Both the position numbers and the translations under genes were made by a program. DNA of 64,000 bases, taken from the NCBI RefSeq assembly GCF_009914755.1, contig NC_060947.1; one strand, 5' to 3'. The notes beneath the pieces are model-generated. The model worked only from the letters and a program-made list of their open reading frames with translations. It was not told the DNA's origin and ran no database searches. This document shows, in pieces, positions 1-15,400 of this stretch. Every line of letters starts with the position of its first letter. Positions within the stretch are counted from its first letter, which is position 1. The stretch comes from the human T2T-CHM13v2.0 reference genome, Homo sapiens.

Positions 1-214
1 CAGCTGAGTGAGTGAACTTAGGCAAGCTACATAACTTTAAGTAGCTACTTAATCGGTAATAGGTACGTGGATGTTCATGGTATTACTTCATATCTTTAAA
101 AATATTTGAAGTATTGCATAATAATTCTAAAATGTAATTAATATGAAGCCTATGCAAGCATTCAATAAATGATAGCAATTATTATTACGTAATGATCACA
201 GCACCTAAGTAATG

Positions 215-420
215 GTTGAAAGCTAGGGCAATGGAGACTCCCAGGCCTGGGTTTAAATCCTGGTTCTGCCAATTACAAGCTCTGTGCCCTGGGGTAACTT
301 AATAACCACCTTCTCAAGAATTTTGCTCCTTCAGTTATTCCCTCTCTAACTGTCATCAAGGTTTAAGTAAAATAATGTATGGGATATAGTAAATGCTCAA
401 AAACATATTAATTATCGTTA
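215..420 (+). mobile_element. MIR SINE
   Basis: Core ctgggtttaaatcctggttctgcca...ctctgtgccctggggtaactt and tail tagtaaatgctcaa. Confidence 0.7.
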
Positions 421-869
421 ACATCATTTTTATTCTCCTCAATCCCATGCACAGAAAAAAGAAAGAGTTAGGAACAAGTGAATGGAAAGGATAAAGTGGG
501 TCTCCTATTCTCTGCTCCCTCCCTTTCTATTCCTTTTCCTTGCTGAAGGAAGATGGCATATGCTGAAAACTGTTCTCTCCAAGAGAAGCAGCATGAGGTC
601 CTTCGATGGCAAGCCTGCCTGGGAGTTGGAGATGAGCTGCTAGAAAGGGCTTTGACTCCAAGTTAAAATAGACCAAGGCAAATCTCAGGAACATTCTCAT
701 CAGGGTCTGAAATCAAAGTAGACTTAAAATAAATGGATAAAAGTTAAGAATTTTTAAAGAATTGTAATTGCAAATTAGACACTGTTACCTTTTAAAGTTG
801 CTAGAGTTGAATATATTATTTGAAATGAGCAATAAAAATGAAATGTTATTTAATCCTTTTCATAATTAT

Positions 870-1435
870 TGAAATGCAGATTAAAAGAAGATACCAGAGT
901 GGAAGAAACTGAAATGTTGACAATCCACAAAACTGAGGAGGCTATGGGACATCAGGCAAACTCACATTGTGGGTTGGAGAATAATTTAGTACAGTCTCTT
1001 TGGAGAGCATTTAATTCATCAATGACTTCTGAAAATTTAAAATAACCATTAACCCAATCATTCCACTCCTAGGAATTTGTCCTACAGATAAACTAGTATG
1101 CTAAGACATATACATAAAGTTGTTCCCTGAAATATGTTTTGGAAAAGCCAAAAACTGGAAGCAACCTAAATGTGCATAAAGAAGTGGTTAATGATCATAT
1201 GATTCAATCATTCAACAAATATTCAGTACTATTTGGTACTCTTTAAGCAGGCACTGGGGAGATAGCAATAAACAACACAGACAAAAATCTATGCCCTCAC
1301 AGAGCATGTTATTATGTTATCCCTGCAATGGAAAAATATGGCATACCTAAAATATAGAAGGAAGATCTATAAACATTGATAGGTTTTCAAGAGATATGAA
1401 TAAGCGAAAAACGCAAGGTGCAGAACAGTGTAGCT
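870..1435 (+). mobile_element. Ancient L1M (L1ME-like) 3' fragment with an L2 3'-end fragment at about 1200-1305
   Basis: gaaatgcagattaaaa...attccactcctaggaattt...aaactggaagcaacctaaatg. The L2 tail is ttcaatcattcaacaaatatt on the minus strand. Confidence 0.65.
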
Positions 1436-1734
1436 AGATAGATAGAGAGCTAGATAATATGATCCCATTGGATATTGGAACAAATATTGGAAAAAATATT
1501 TTATATTTATTAAAAATTATATTTATATTTATGTTTATATTTATTATTTATATTTATTAAAAATTCTGGAGAATATAAAAGGAACTTAATGGTCATTTTG
1601 GGGAATGGTATCGAGGTCAGAAAAAAAGACTGATTTTAAGTTTTAAACCTTTATATATGTATTGTTTTATTTTGTCACATACATGAATTATTTTTATTTA
1701 AAATAACGATCTGAAATATGGTTTGGCATTTTTC

Positions 1735-2305
1735 TGGTTATCCATTGTTGTATGACAGACTACCTCAGAGCACAGCAGCTTAAAACAACCATTTTATTAT
1801 ATCTCATGGTTTCACAATTGTTCAGAGCTCAGGTGGGCAATTCTTCTACTTTAAATGGCATTAACTGATGTCATTCAGTGATATTCAGTTAACCGGTATG
1901 GAGGGTTCAGAACAACTTCACTCACATGTCTAGTGCCTTGGCAGGAATGGCTGTACTAGCTGAACTTTTCTGTCTTTAAGTAACTCTTGGAAATCCCATG
2001 TGGTCTCTCCAAGATAGTCAAACTTTTTATATGATGACTCAGAGCTCCAAGAGACCAAGAAGGAAACTGCAAGTTCTTTAGACCACAGGCCTAGAATAAG
2101 CTTGATGTCACTTCTGTCATACTCTATTTATCTTCTATAATGAAGCTAATTAGAGTATTAAGTCTAATGATCCAATTAGATGTAATTAGATTAACTTAAA
2201 GCAGCTGTACACCAGTGAAGATTTGGGGAATAGGAATTGGAGACAGACCCAGCTTCTCTATGGGAAAAGTATCAAGAAATTTGTGGCTATCTTTAATCCA
2301 ATGCA
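1735..2305 (-). mobile_element. MLT1-family (MaLR) solo LTR
   Basis: gcttaaaacaaccattttattatatctcatggtttc and terminal aaatttgtggctatctttaatcc are typical of MLT1F/H ends. Confidence 0.7.
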
Positions 2306-2627
2306 GACATCAAGATCAGTGCCTTAATATAAGTTGTATCTTTGATCATTCAAATTAGGACTAAAAAATAGTGTGGATGGTTTAGGATAACTTGAATGAA
2401 AACCTAAGAAAAGATAGGTTGAAGACATGAATGTGATCTCTTCATATAGGAGGCTGCAGAAAGCCTATCAGAGTAGCAGAGTGGTAAATCCTTTTTACTT
2501 ACTCTGATGGATTGATAATGCCCGCCTCTATTCTCCTCCCTACCTTCTTCATCTCTCTGAACCATGTCAGGGTAAAAAGCTTATTCCTCTGGTAGGGACC
2601 ATGTCTTTTCTTTTTTGGCTCTGTGTA

Positions 2628-2815
2628 TCTCCCTTCCCAAGTAGCTGGGACTATAGGTGAACATCACCATGCCCAGCTAATTATTTTTATTTTTTGTAAA
2701 GAGAGGGTTTCACCATGTTTCCCAGGCTGGTCTTGAACTCCTGGGCTCAAGTGATCCATCCACCTCAGATTCCAAAAGTGCTGGGATTACAAGCATGAGC
2801 CACTGCACTCAGCCC
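2628..2815 (-). mobile_element. Partial Alu (AluJ-like)
   Basis: gtagctgggactatagg...ctcctgggctcaagtgatcc...gctgggattacaagcatgagccactgc. Confidence 0.9.
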
Positions 2816-3652
2816 AGAACTACTCATTTATGAACTAGGTCCTTAGGTGGTGATTAGGGCAAAAAACAAAGTTGGTAATCTCCATGCAAATCACATATCC
2901 AACTTTTTACTTTGGCATTTTACCTTAATCAAAGTAGAATCATAGGAACTCATTCTGTAAAGCCAATATTACCTTAATACCAAAAGTCAATGAACACATC
3001 ACAAGAAAAGAAATATACAGGTCAATATCCCTAATAAATATAGATGCAAAAGCCCTTAACAAAATCGTAGAAAACTAAATCCAGCAAGGTATAGAATGAA
3101 TTATACACCATGACCAACTGTGATTTATCCAAGAAATGCAAGGTTGGTTTAACATATGAAAATCAATCAATGAAATGCATCATATTGAAAGGATAAAAGA
3201 CAAAAATTACATGATTATCTCAGTAAATGAAGAAAAGGCATCTGATTAACTCCAACACCCTTTCATTGTGAACACAATCAGCAAACTAAGAATAGAAGGG
3301 AACTTCTTCAACCTAATAAAGGTCCTCCATCTATTAAAAAAAAAACATAGCTAACATCAATGCTTAATGATGAAAAACTGGATATTTTACCGCTAACACC
3401 AGTGATAAGGATCTCCATTCTCACAAGTTCTATTCAACATTGTCCTGGAGGTTCTTGCAAGGGCAATTAGGCAAGGAAAACAAGCAAAAGACATCCAGAT
3501 TGGAAAGGAAGAAGTAAAATTGTCTCTATTCTCAGATAACATGATTGTTGTATCTAGAAAATTTTAAGGAATACACTTAAAAGTTATTAGAATTAATAAA
3601 GGAGTTCAGCAAGGTTGCAGGATACAAGGCCAACATGCAAAAATCATTTGTA

Positions 3653-4055
3653 CATATACTCCTCAATTTACAGTGGGGTTACATCCCAACAAACTCATTG
3701 TAACTTAAAAATATTGTAAGTCAAAAATGTATTTAATATGCCTAATCCACTGAATGGAATAGCTTCACCTAGCCTACCCTAAAGGTGCTCAGAACACTTA
3801 TAATGTTACAGTTCAGCAAAACCACTGGGCAACACAGTATGCTGTAGAGTATGGGTTGTTGGTGCCTGACTGAGAGCTGTGGCTCACTACTGTGGCCCAG
3901 CATCTCAAAAGTGTATCATACTCCAAATCTCTAACCTAAAAAGAGGTCAAAATTCAAAATTAGAAGTACAGTTTCTACTAAATGTGTATCATTTTTGCAC
4001 CATTGCAAAGTTGAAAAATCATAAGTCAAACCATAGTATGTTGGGGGACCATCTT
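3653..4055. mobile_element. MER47B-like Tigger (TcMar) MITE with TA TSD
   Basis: ctcctcaatttacagtggggttacatccc...agtatgttgggggaccatct. TA at 3651-3652 and 4056-4057 splits the L1 sequence aaatcatttg-TA-tttct. Confidence 0.85.
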
Positions 4056-5089
4056 TATTTCTGTATAATAACAATAAGGAATCTTAAAATAAAATAAAAG
4101 CATAAAACAATTCTGTGTTAATAGGCCTGCTTTACTTATTAAAAAATAACAATAAAATACTTATGAACAAATTTATCCAAATAAGTGAAAATGTTCTACA
4201 CTGAAAATGACAAAACATCATTCAAAGGAATTCAAAGTGACCTAACTAAATAGAAAGTCATCTCAGGTTCATGGATTGGAAAACTTCATATTATTAAGGT
4301 AGCAATACTCCCCAAACTAATCTACAGATTCAATACAATTCCTATCAAAATATCAGCTTGATTTTGTGTAGAAATTGACAAGCTAAATCTAAAATTCCGA
4401 TGGAAATGCAAAGGAATCAGAATAGCCAAAGCAGTATTAAAAGAGAAGGAAAACTCATACTTCCGATTTCAGAACTTGCTACAAATCTATGATAATCAAT
4501 ACAGTGTGGTACTGGCATAGGAATACACATATATATCAATGGAATAGAACGAAGAATCCAGATATAAACCCTTACATTTATGGACAATTGACTTTTCAAC
4601 AAGGATACCAAGACCATTCAATGAGGGGAAATAATAGACTTTTCAAGAAATGGTGCTACAACAACTGGATATTCACATCCAAAAGAATGAATATGGACCT
4701 ATATCTCATACCACTTTCAAAATTAACTCAAAACAGAACAAAGGCCTAACTATAAGAGCTAAAATTATAAAACTCTTAGAGGAAAACCTAGGGGTAAATC
4801 TTTTTGATGTTGGATTTATCAATGTATTCTTAAATATGACACCTAAAACAGAAGCAAAAAAAAAAAAAAGAAAAAGGAAAATAGATAAATTAGATTTGAT
4901 CAAAATTATTTTTGTACTTCAAAGAATGTCATCAAGAAAGTGAAAAGACAACCTACAGAATGGGAGAAAATATTTAAAAATCATATATCCAAAAAGGGTC
5001 TTGTATCCAGAACACATAAAACAATCTTACAGCTCAACAACAACGAGGACAACAACAGCAAATAACCCAATTAAAAATAAGCAAAGGAT

Positions 5090-5423
<334 letters not shown>

Positions 5424-6125
5424 TCAATGCACATTTCTCCAAAGGAGATGTAAAAACAGCCAATAAGTACACAAAAAGATGTTCGAAATCATCAGTCATC
5501 AGGGAAATGAAAATCAAAACCACAATAAGATAGCACTTTACTCCCACTAGGACAGCTATAACAAAAAGTGGAAAATAAGTATTGAGGAAGATGTTGAGAA
5601 AATTGAAACCATTGTACATTGTTGGTGGGAATGTAAAATGATGCAGTCATTCTGGAAAGCCTGGCAGTTCCTCAAAAGGTTTAAACATAGAGTTAATATT
5701 TGACTCAGCAATTTTGAGATATATACCCAAAAGAAATGAAAATATGTCCACACAAAAATGTGTACACAAATATTTATAGAAATATTATATAATAATAGCC
5801 AAAAAGTAGAAACAATTCAAGTATTCATCAAATGATAAATGGATAAATAAAATGTGTTACATTTATACCATGGAATATTATTCAGACATGAAAAGAAATA
5901 AAGTACTGGTACATGCTACTACATGTATACATCTTGAAAACTTCTCGCTCAGTGAAAAAGCCAGACACACAAAAAAACACATATTATATGATTCCATTTA
6001 CATAAAATATCCAAAATAGGTAAATCCATATTGACAGTGGTTACCAGCAGCTGGGAGCAAAGGGAAATAGTCACTGACTGCTAATGGGTAAGAGGTTTCT
6101 TTTTGGGCTGATGAAAATGTTCTGG

Positions 6126-6458
<333 letters not shown>

Positions 6459-7489
6459 TTATACTAAAACCCGGTGATTATATGCATTAAATGGGTACAT
6501 TTGATAATATAAGAATTATATATCAACGAAACTGTCATTTTCAAAAAGTAGAATCAGTCCCACAACCAACTAGGAAAAATTTGCTGAATCTTTAGCTTTT
6601 ACCCCAGCTAGCAGGACTAGTGGCTTGCTTCCCTTTCTTCAACACCTGCCCCAAGTATTTACTCATTCTTTTATCTATGGCAGAAATATTATGTTTACCA
6701 GTCAGCCTTGTCCTGAGTGAAGAACACTGGACATTTGAGCATCCACACTAGTTACACCTTCCCTCATGTTATGTTTGCACAGGGAACAACTTTCTCAAAA
6801 ATGAGTCAAGCAAGACTCAAAAATCAATCTGAGGCAACAGAGAGAAAGGGAAGTATTGGAGCACAAGCTATATGTGGTTGGATGGCCTTGTTGTTCCCAA
6901 ATCCTTTTGTACAATTGAGAATACCCAAGGAAACCTAGACATTCCCTCTCCTACTCTCTTTCATCATGATAGGTGGGGGAATATTTCTGAAGTCTTCCAA
7001 TTAGAATCTAATATATTATCAACTCACAATAGTGAACCTGAGACATTCTCAGTGAAAACTGGCAACCAGAGAATGGTTCAGGGCTACTTCTGTCACCTAC
7101 TCTAATATTTAACAGCTCTTGCCGTTAGAAACAATTTTGAATATTTATCTAGGTTCCTCATGCTTCAGGTAAACTAAATAACCTCGTGTTACATCTTCAG
7201 TGGAGATTGACAAACGATACTGTTGACTTACATTTGAAAAATGGTGCCTAGAAGGAAACACCAGTAGGAACTAGGATTTATTCAGAAGATGGCAGATTGT
7301 TAGTCTCCAAGCATTTTAAATCCCTCTGAAGATAGGGTTGCCCTAAACTGGTCATAGGTCCCCGGGCAAAACTGCATAAATTGTATGGAGAGATAGTTAA
7401 AGAAGGGGAATTTACAGCCAACTCTTGTGAGTTAAGCTACCACTTCCCATAAGCTAACACAGTGAGAGAGATTCAGGCAAGTACCACTA

Positions 7490-7750
<261 letters not shown>

Positions 7751-8602
7751 TCAAATTCTGCCTCCTCAACTGAGCTTACACTTCCCCCTTTACCCTAAAT
7801 TTCTATGAGAGTACCAACTCAACAGGATTTTATTTTTGGCCATGCCACAGGTAGTGGAGTGTAATAGGTAGCAGAGGGGACAACTCATAAATTTAAAAAA
7901 TGTTGAAAAATGAGACAGGCCAATATACTTTTTACAGCCAAAATACTTTTGTCAATGACTTACAAGGCTGGGTTGGCTTTTCCAACCTCTTTTGCCTTGG
8001 TCTGATACACAGAGAATAACAATGTAAATGTTACTACTCTTTCCCAAAATCCAGCTGTTTCTAAACATCAGGCAGGTCCCTACCAGCTGAAAATATGTAA
8101 TGATTCCTGTAACTTGGAGTCAGCTGCTGGACCGATGAGCAGGGAACCACACTCCTCCCCCGATAAATCATTCCAGCTTTATACCAAGCAGTCCTCCCCT
8201 CTTTGGTTTCCATATGCCTTACACCATGACGCCTTACGCTAAATAAAAGGATGAAGGCCCTTTTATTTAGGTTTTTTAGTCATTACAGGGAAATTTTGTT
8301 GTACCTTAGTGATAATCTTATTCTTCCAACCAGAGATACAAATCTGGGTCTGCTTGCCAACACTGCCTTCTAAGGGCAACTATGTTGCTCACAACTTTTT
8401 CTTGCTGCGTACGTTTTCACATTTTATATCCTACGGCTCTTACCCTGCCTCTGGCCACAGAGGATTGTATCAAGCATTGGCATCTGACAACTAAGACAAA
8501 TTCATTGGCTGGTCAGTGATGGGTGACATTGTAGCCTGGCATGAAGAGGTGACCTGGGCTAGTTTCTTGTTTCTGGAATTTTTAATTGAGAAGCATAAAG
8601 AT

Positions 8603-8715
8603 GACTGGTCTGAAGGTAGTGAGTTGTCTCAATTGATTGTTCACAGTCAGTTATGGATTGAACTTATTGTTCTACTCTTTCCCCGTTCTCACTACTGCAC
8701 TTGACTAGTCTGTTT
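8603..8715 (+). pseudogene. Y1 RNA (RNY1-derived) retropseudogene
   Basis: gactggtctgaaggtagtgagttgtctcaattgattgttcacagtcagtt...ctcactactgcacttgactagtc matches hY1 over its full length. Degenerate A-tail. TSD aagcataaagatg (8591-8603) / aatcataaagatg (8733-8745). Confidence 0.92.
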
Positions 8716-8745
8716 AAAAATGGAGGGGAAAAAATCATAAAGATG

Positions 8746-9100
8746 CTGAGCTAGTTAACAGATAATGCAGAAGTTGAAAACAACCCCACAACACCAGAAG
8801 GTAGAATCAAGTCTGTGTCAAGCTAAAGCCAAGTTCAATTCAAAGTTATGAGTGAGTATCAATTCTGGATAAGCTGAGCAAACTGATTGGTAGAGGGAGA
8901 GAATAGAGGAGAATAGTGACATGAAACAGACATACCATGAGAAAAACTCCATACTGTCAGTGAAACTGCTAGAAAAAAGAGAAGCCAGGCCTTCCTGATG
9001 GCTTTCCAAATCTACTTTCCTTATGTTATAATAAATTCCCTTTTCACTGAGGCAACTCAAGTGAGTTTCTGCTACTTGCAACCAAAAGAGCCTAATTACA
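8746..9100 (+). mobile_element. MLT1J/K-like LTR, 3' part (may extend 5' of the Y RNA insertion)
   Basis: Terminal aataaattcccttttcact...tttctgctacttgcaaccaaaagagcctaattaca. Confidence 0.55.
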
Positions 9101-10074
9101 ATCACGCCATACTTGGGTGCCACACTAATGAACATGGGAGGGACACTTGTCATGAATGTGGACACAGAAAGTAAGACATAGCACAGAACCATCACAAAGC
9201 AGCTGCTTGATCAATGGTGAATGAATAGCATATTTATAGGTTCCAGAGCTCTGGGGCTCAACTGGACAGTGAAAAGCGGGCTGCTCTAGGGACTGCCAGC
9301 TTCATCTTCACTTCTCTTTCCTCACTGAGGAAGAGTCCATATATACTCTAAGAAACTCATATTGCCTTCAGATGAATCCTTTAGGAAGATCTCAAAGTAG
9401 CCTCCAAGCTTGGCTGCCCCACGGCAACTAGCTTTTCTCAGTACTCATTGAGGCCGCAGAAGAAGAGAAGGACCTTAAGAAATAGCAAGAAGGATTTAAA
9501 TAAGAAAATAGGGAGAATTTACTGACAGTGAGAATGGTTTTAGAAACTAAAACAATGACCAATTAAGGTTAGAAATTCTCTTCAGTGGAATGCTTAAAAT
9601 TAGAAAGCATTCTTATCTGTCTCGTGGTATCACAGGAAGTGAAACTGGTCACTCAAAGACCTTTCTAGGCCCTGGAATTCATCCAGTGGCAATACAACAA
9701 CACCCCCTGTTTTTTCCACAGATAAACTGAAATCCTAGGATATGAAGAGGTCGTCCAGAGTACGCACATTGGGTTAAGGACAAAAGTAGAAATGAAACCT
9801 AAGCCTTTTCCTGCTGCCAGTATATACCCTTTGAGGGAAAATTTAATAAAGACTGAGTTTTCCCACACAGACTAGGAAGAAAAGAACACAAGTTTATAAA
9901 AGAACACCAGCTCTATTTTCTAACCTTCACATTCAGATCCCTGGGACTGGCACGAACTCTGCCTTCTCAAGCGGAAACTAGAGCTGGCCAAGTGCCTTTC
10001 TTGGCACAGTAGAGGGAACCTTCCATCTTCTTCAGACCCCTGCCCCTCAGATCTTACCATACTGAGGAGCCCAG

Positions 10075-10336
10075 GTCAAGGATTTCCTTCTCCAGGAAGT
10101 CTTCCCTCGCTATCCCCAACCCCCAGGCTAAATTACACGCTCCTTCTTTCTGTTCCCATAGCACCCAGTGCTTACTCCTGTGACTAAAATAGCCTGTAAT
10201 ATATATTCTTTACAAAAGTTTATCATCTGCCTCCCTCACTAGAGTGTGTATTCCTTGAAGGCAGGAGACATACTTATCTTCAATTCTGTGTCCTTGGCAC
10301 ATGGTAGATAATAGGTACTCGATAAATGCATCTGTT
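10075..10336 (+). mobile_element. L2 LINE 3' end
   Basis: ccttctccaggaagtcttccc...ccttgaaggcaggaga...taggtactcgataaatg. Confidence 0.75.
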
Positions 10337-10734
10337 TCAGAGTATGCACAGTCTATATAACAGACAGCTTCCTTTGCCCACACTGCCCAAGGGGAAAGTC
10401 CCTTCTGAAGGGACTTCCATGTCAGGGCTGGGAAATCATCCCAGACATCTGACACCATAAAAAAAAAATAGAAAGGAAAACGTTTTTGGACATAACCTAC
10501 GCTAATCTCTCCTTGTTACAGATGTGAATGTTGAAACACAGAAAGGGAAAATGATTTACCCAAGGTCACATAGCTAGTAACTAGCAATGCCCTTTTTCCC
10601 CGATCAAAGAGATCATCAACAACCCTTAGAGGCTCTGTCCTTCTAGAGACATGTGTCCTGGGATGATTACCTCTTGGCAACAATATCTCTAGCAAGGCAC
10701 TAGGAATTTGCTAGGCATTAGATTGAGAGTTGCA

Positions 10735-11262
10735 GCACAACATGGTGGCTTAAAACAATGGGTTCTGTAGTCAGACTGCAGAACTAGACCTGAATTCAAA
10801 TTCCAGCCCTGCCACCTGAAAGCTGTGTGAGTTTACGCAAGTTACTTAATTTCTCTGTGCCTCATTCACCTCATCTGTAAAATCAGAGTAATAATAATAC
10901 ACTTGTCCCTCGGTATTCACAGGGGATTGGTTCCAGGACCCCTGCAGATAGCAAAACCTGTGCATACTCAAATCCCTTATACAAAATGATGTAGTGTTTG
11001 CATATAACCTAGCACATCTTCTTGTATATTTTAAACCATCTCTAGATTACTTATAATACCTAATGCAATGTAAATGGTATGTAAATAGTTGTTGTATTCT
11101 TGTTGGATTTTTAAAAATATTTTTGAGTTATGGTTGGTTGAATCTGTGGACACAGAACCTACAGATACGGAAGGCTGACTGTATTTTATGGAGGTGTTCC
11201 AAGAATTAATATACATAAAGTGCCTCGTACATAGCAAGTGCTCAAGAAAAATTTATTATTCT
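10735..11262 (+). mobile_element. MIR interrupted by MER2
   Basis: ctgaattcaaattccagccctgccac...caagttacttaatttctctgtgcctca...catctgtaaaat. Resumes after 11183 with aagtgctcaagaaa. Confidence 0.8.
10900..11181. mobile_element. MER2 (Tigger-type MITE) with TA TSD
   Basis: cacttgtccctcggtattcacaggggattggttccaggaccc...gatacggaaggctgactg. TA at 10898-10899 and 11182-11183. Confidence 0.88.
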
Positions 11263-11814
11263 TATACAGCTGACTCTCCCTGTGGCTCCTCTCCCAGTTT
11301 CTACCTGTGTTCTCCATGCTAATTTCTTCCTCATCTCTTTAACCTCATAACAAACAGCTAAAAAGTCAAAACCTGAACAGGGCTTGATTCAAAAGCTGCC
11401 TTGTTGGAGTTATCTTGCAATTTTGCACAGGTACCCGCTGAAAGAACAGGAATCTCTGCAAAGCATTTGTTCAGGTCTAGTGCATGTAGCTCCGTGCTCT
11501 GCCCAACCTGCCCTCCCACCCCCGCCATCTTCCCCAGTACTCCATCCTCCCTTTTAGACAGGTGAGCACATTAGGTTGTAAACATACTTCATGGACATAT
11601 TTGACTTGTAACTGACAGCTGATTCCATTACATTTTATCATAGCTGGAGAAAGATGCCCCTGGGAACACATTAAAAATAAAAATGGATTCATAGAGTAAT
11701 TCATTCTCAATTATATTTGTCTCCAGCAGTTCTCATTAATTTGGAGTTGTGAAGATGTGCTTCAAGTAGCAACAGGGAAGTCATTTACAAGTGTCAGTCC
11801 CTGCCACCTTCTGA

Positions 11815-12436
<622 letters not shown>

Positions 12437-15400
12437 TGAAGAAGTCTGTTTCAACTGCATATGCTTAGCTGGGAACTTTTCTAATCTCACATGCCTCTAG
12501 GAAGGAAAAGAAAGCCTTTAGAGTGTGTTACTGTCTTTACTCCCCTACTACACGTGGGAAGATGTCCAATAGGCTGCCATTTTGTTTCTCTTCCTCAGCT
12601 GCTCCCCTCCCTAAGAATCCCCTATCACAAAACATACCAAATGTTCTCCCCGACATAGTTGCCATGGTTTGAATTTACTGAGCTGACCAAGAAGAGGGCT
12701 GGAGTTAGACATTTTATTCAGCTTCAGCCCTTGTGGAAACTGGGACACCAATACACACCTTCAGGTGCAAAATCTGAGACAGAACTTGGAGCCCTCCTTC
12801 CAGCCACACCACAGCTGCCTTCAACTTTCCCCTGTTCCCAGCATTACTAATTGCCCATATCCCAGCTGCTATATAATCCTCTCCCAACTACACATTCTCA
12901 AATAGGTAGATGCCTAATCTTTGTCTTCTGGCAGGGATAACCTCCTCATTGGGTATTACCAACTCCCTTTGCACACCCCTCCACTATTCACAAGTGCAAC
13001 TGTTGGGTGGGCATTTGTTAAACTTCCTGCTCTTGTTCTCAATTCCCTTGTCTTTGCATAGCTGCCAATCCTACTTTCCAAACATAATTATTGGGTAGCT
13101 TGGATTTACTGCCCTGAGCAGAAGCCTAGTATGGGTTAATTTGTTATTATAACAACTTCGACTCAAACACAAACCAGTGGAAAATTTACAAGCCTGACTT
13201 TCAACTATATCTCAGCTTTCCCTTCCTAGGGAGTTCCTTCACTTACCACCCCCCCAGCCCCCGCCATTCATTCTACCCCATATTCCTCTTGGAGTTACAG
13301 GATCGTTCATATCTGCTAAAGATGTCAAAAGTAGATCAGGGAAGGCTTCACAGAAGGGCTGCATTGGACCTGGCCTTTGAGAGATAGGTAGATATTTACA
13401 GGGAGGGATAGAAGAAAAGGGAATTCCAGAAAGAAGCAACACCCTAAACAAGGCTGAGCAGAGTTTCTCAAATTTTAGTGTGTACTGGAATCATGATAGT
13501 GAATGATAAATAACAACTCCCAGACAGTTGTTACCTTTTCAGTGGGGACAAGGGAATGTGATCAGGGTATAAAGGAGGCTTCAGCTATATTGCTAATATT
13601 CCATTTCTTACACAGAGTAGTGAGTACATCTGAAATATTTCATAATATATTTTCAAAAATATATGAGCATGAGAGGTTGTGTAATACGCACTTTAGCAGG
13701 CACTGGTGCAGTCTGCAGCACTAAGGAATCTGTAATAACAAGCACCCCAGGTAATTCTTAATCCAAGCGGTTCATGGACCACTGTGGAAAACACTGTGAT
13801 AGCATTTCTTTTCCAAAAGAGAAAAGAAAAAAAATTCAAGAGCATCAGTGTATGAAGCACAGGACTGAGAGTCAGGAGCACTGGACCATATTCCCAGCTC
13901 TGCTCCAATTTGCTACATAAGTCTTTGCTAGTGGGTTAACTTCCTTGAATACCACTTCCCAAACAGAAAATCGCTTTCATAATCCTTTCTCAGCATGGTA
14001 AGGATAAATAAAATGATATCTGGTAAAACTCTGAAGGACTTTCCAGGAAAAAAATAGTTTCCAGAGATGATGATGGTTTTTAGAAACATGGCACTCTTCC
14101 TGAAATCAAGTTCTCAGTGATATGTCTCCAATGGCAACTTTTATTCAGTTTGAAGCATGTAATATTAGGACCTTACATGGAGAAAAGCACTGGTGTGTTG
14201 AATGCTGTTCTCTTAACAACAAAAAAATAATGTCCAGGGTAGTGATCCTCCCTTAGGCTGGGGAAAGGGAACACACATACACATCAAAGTCACTGGGGAG
14301 ATTTGACTAAATATGCAACCTTACACCTGTTGTTGTGTACATCAGAATGGGAAACGAGACCAGAGAGTTGGAAAGCTCACATTTTTAAGCACCCCAGGTG
14401 ATTCTGATACATTCCTTGGTCGAGAAAGATTCTTGGCCTCCCATGAGTAACCTGATTCAAGATCTTACATTGTTTTTCTGCCAAGAAGTTCCTTATGTGT
14501 ACTACTCACCTATTTGTTCTTTGTTTAGCTCTCACTGAAGATAGAGGATCTCATAAGCATCTTGCATATGTATAAACAGGGGAATGTGAATAGTGGCTAT
14601 GTTCTCAGGGACTGGGGGCCAGCTGTTTAGAAATCTCAGCATCCCCAGTGTTGACATAATCTCCTGGCCAGGTGTTTCCTTCATTGATTGGAGCAGGGCA
14701 TGGAGGTCCCAGTGGAAGGCTCTCTGGACCCTGGGCTTATCCAGATGGATCAGCTACAGGTGGAGCAAATGGGACCCATGGGCCCCATCAGGTCACTTTG
14801 CTGAGTATGAGTCAGGCCAGCAGCTCTTTATTTCTTCCTGTCTCTCCCACTTCCCACCACTCATCTCTGTGGGCAGCCGCCAAACTGGGGAGCAAGAGTC
14901 AGGCAGGGGAAGGGGGTAGTTCTTAATGGATACTCCATCTCTTCAGTGGTTTGGGGTCTGGCAGAGAGAAACCAGACCTGACAAAAATTGACTACTCCCC
15001 CAATGTATTTCGGTTAATGCGCTAGCTGCCAAGAAGCAGCCAGACCTGAAGCAACAAAATCAATTCCCCTCAGCTACACAAGTTTGAACTTAATCCCCCA
15101 AACTCTTTCTCTTGTGTCTTTATCCATGGGGCCCAAAATGCTGCCCAGCCTTGGTTTCCTTCCACTGGCAAAGCCTGTCTCAGAAGGTCAGGCCGAAGAT
15201 GTCCAAAGATCCTTAGGTCACAGTCATATGTCAAGGGGCTCCTAGTGAGTTCATCCAAGCAACCCTCACCATTCTTTCACATCTGATATAACCTGGACAG
15301 CCACCAGTCTCTAGAAAGGAGGCAGGAATGGTTCTTAATTGGCTGGTGTTACAGATGGGGAAGCTGTGGAGGTCTAGCGATCTGTCCCAATATCAATCCC

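Noticed and set aside
14593-14926. Overlapping 108-aa and 84-aa ORFs
   Set aside because: Non-ATG starts, no recognisable domain, and antisense to the host gene.
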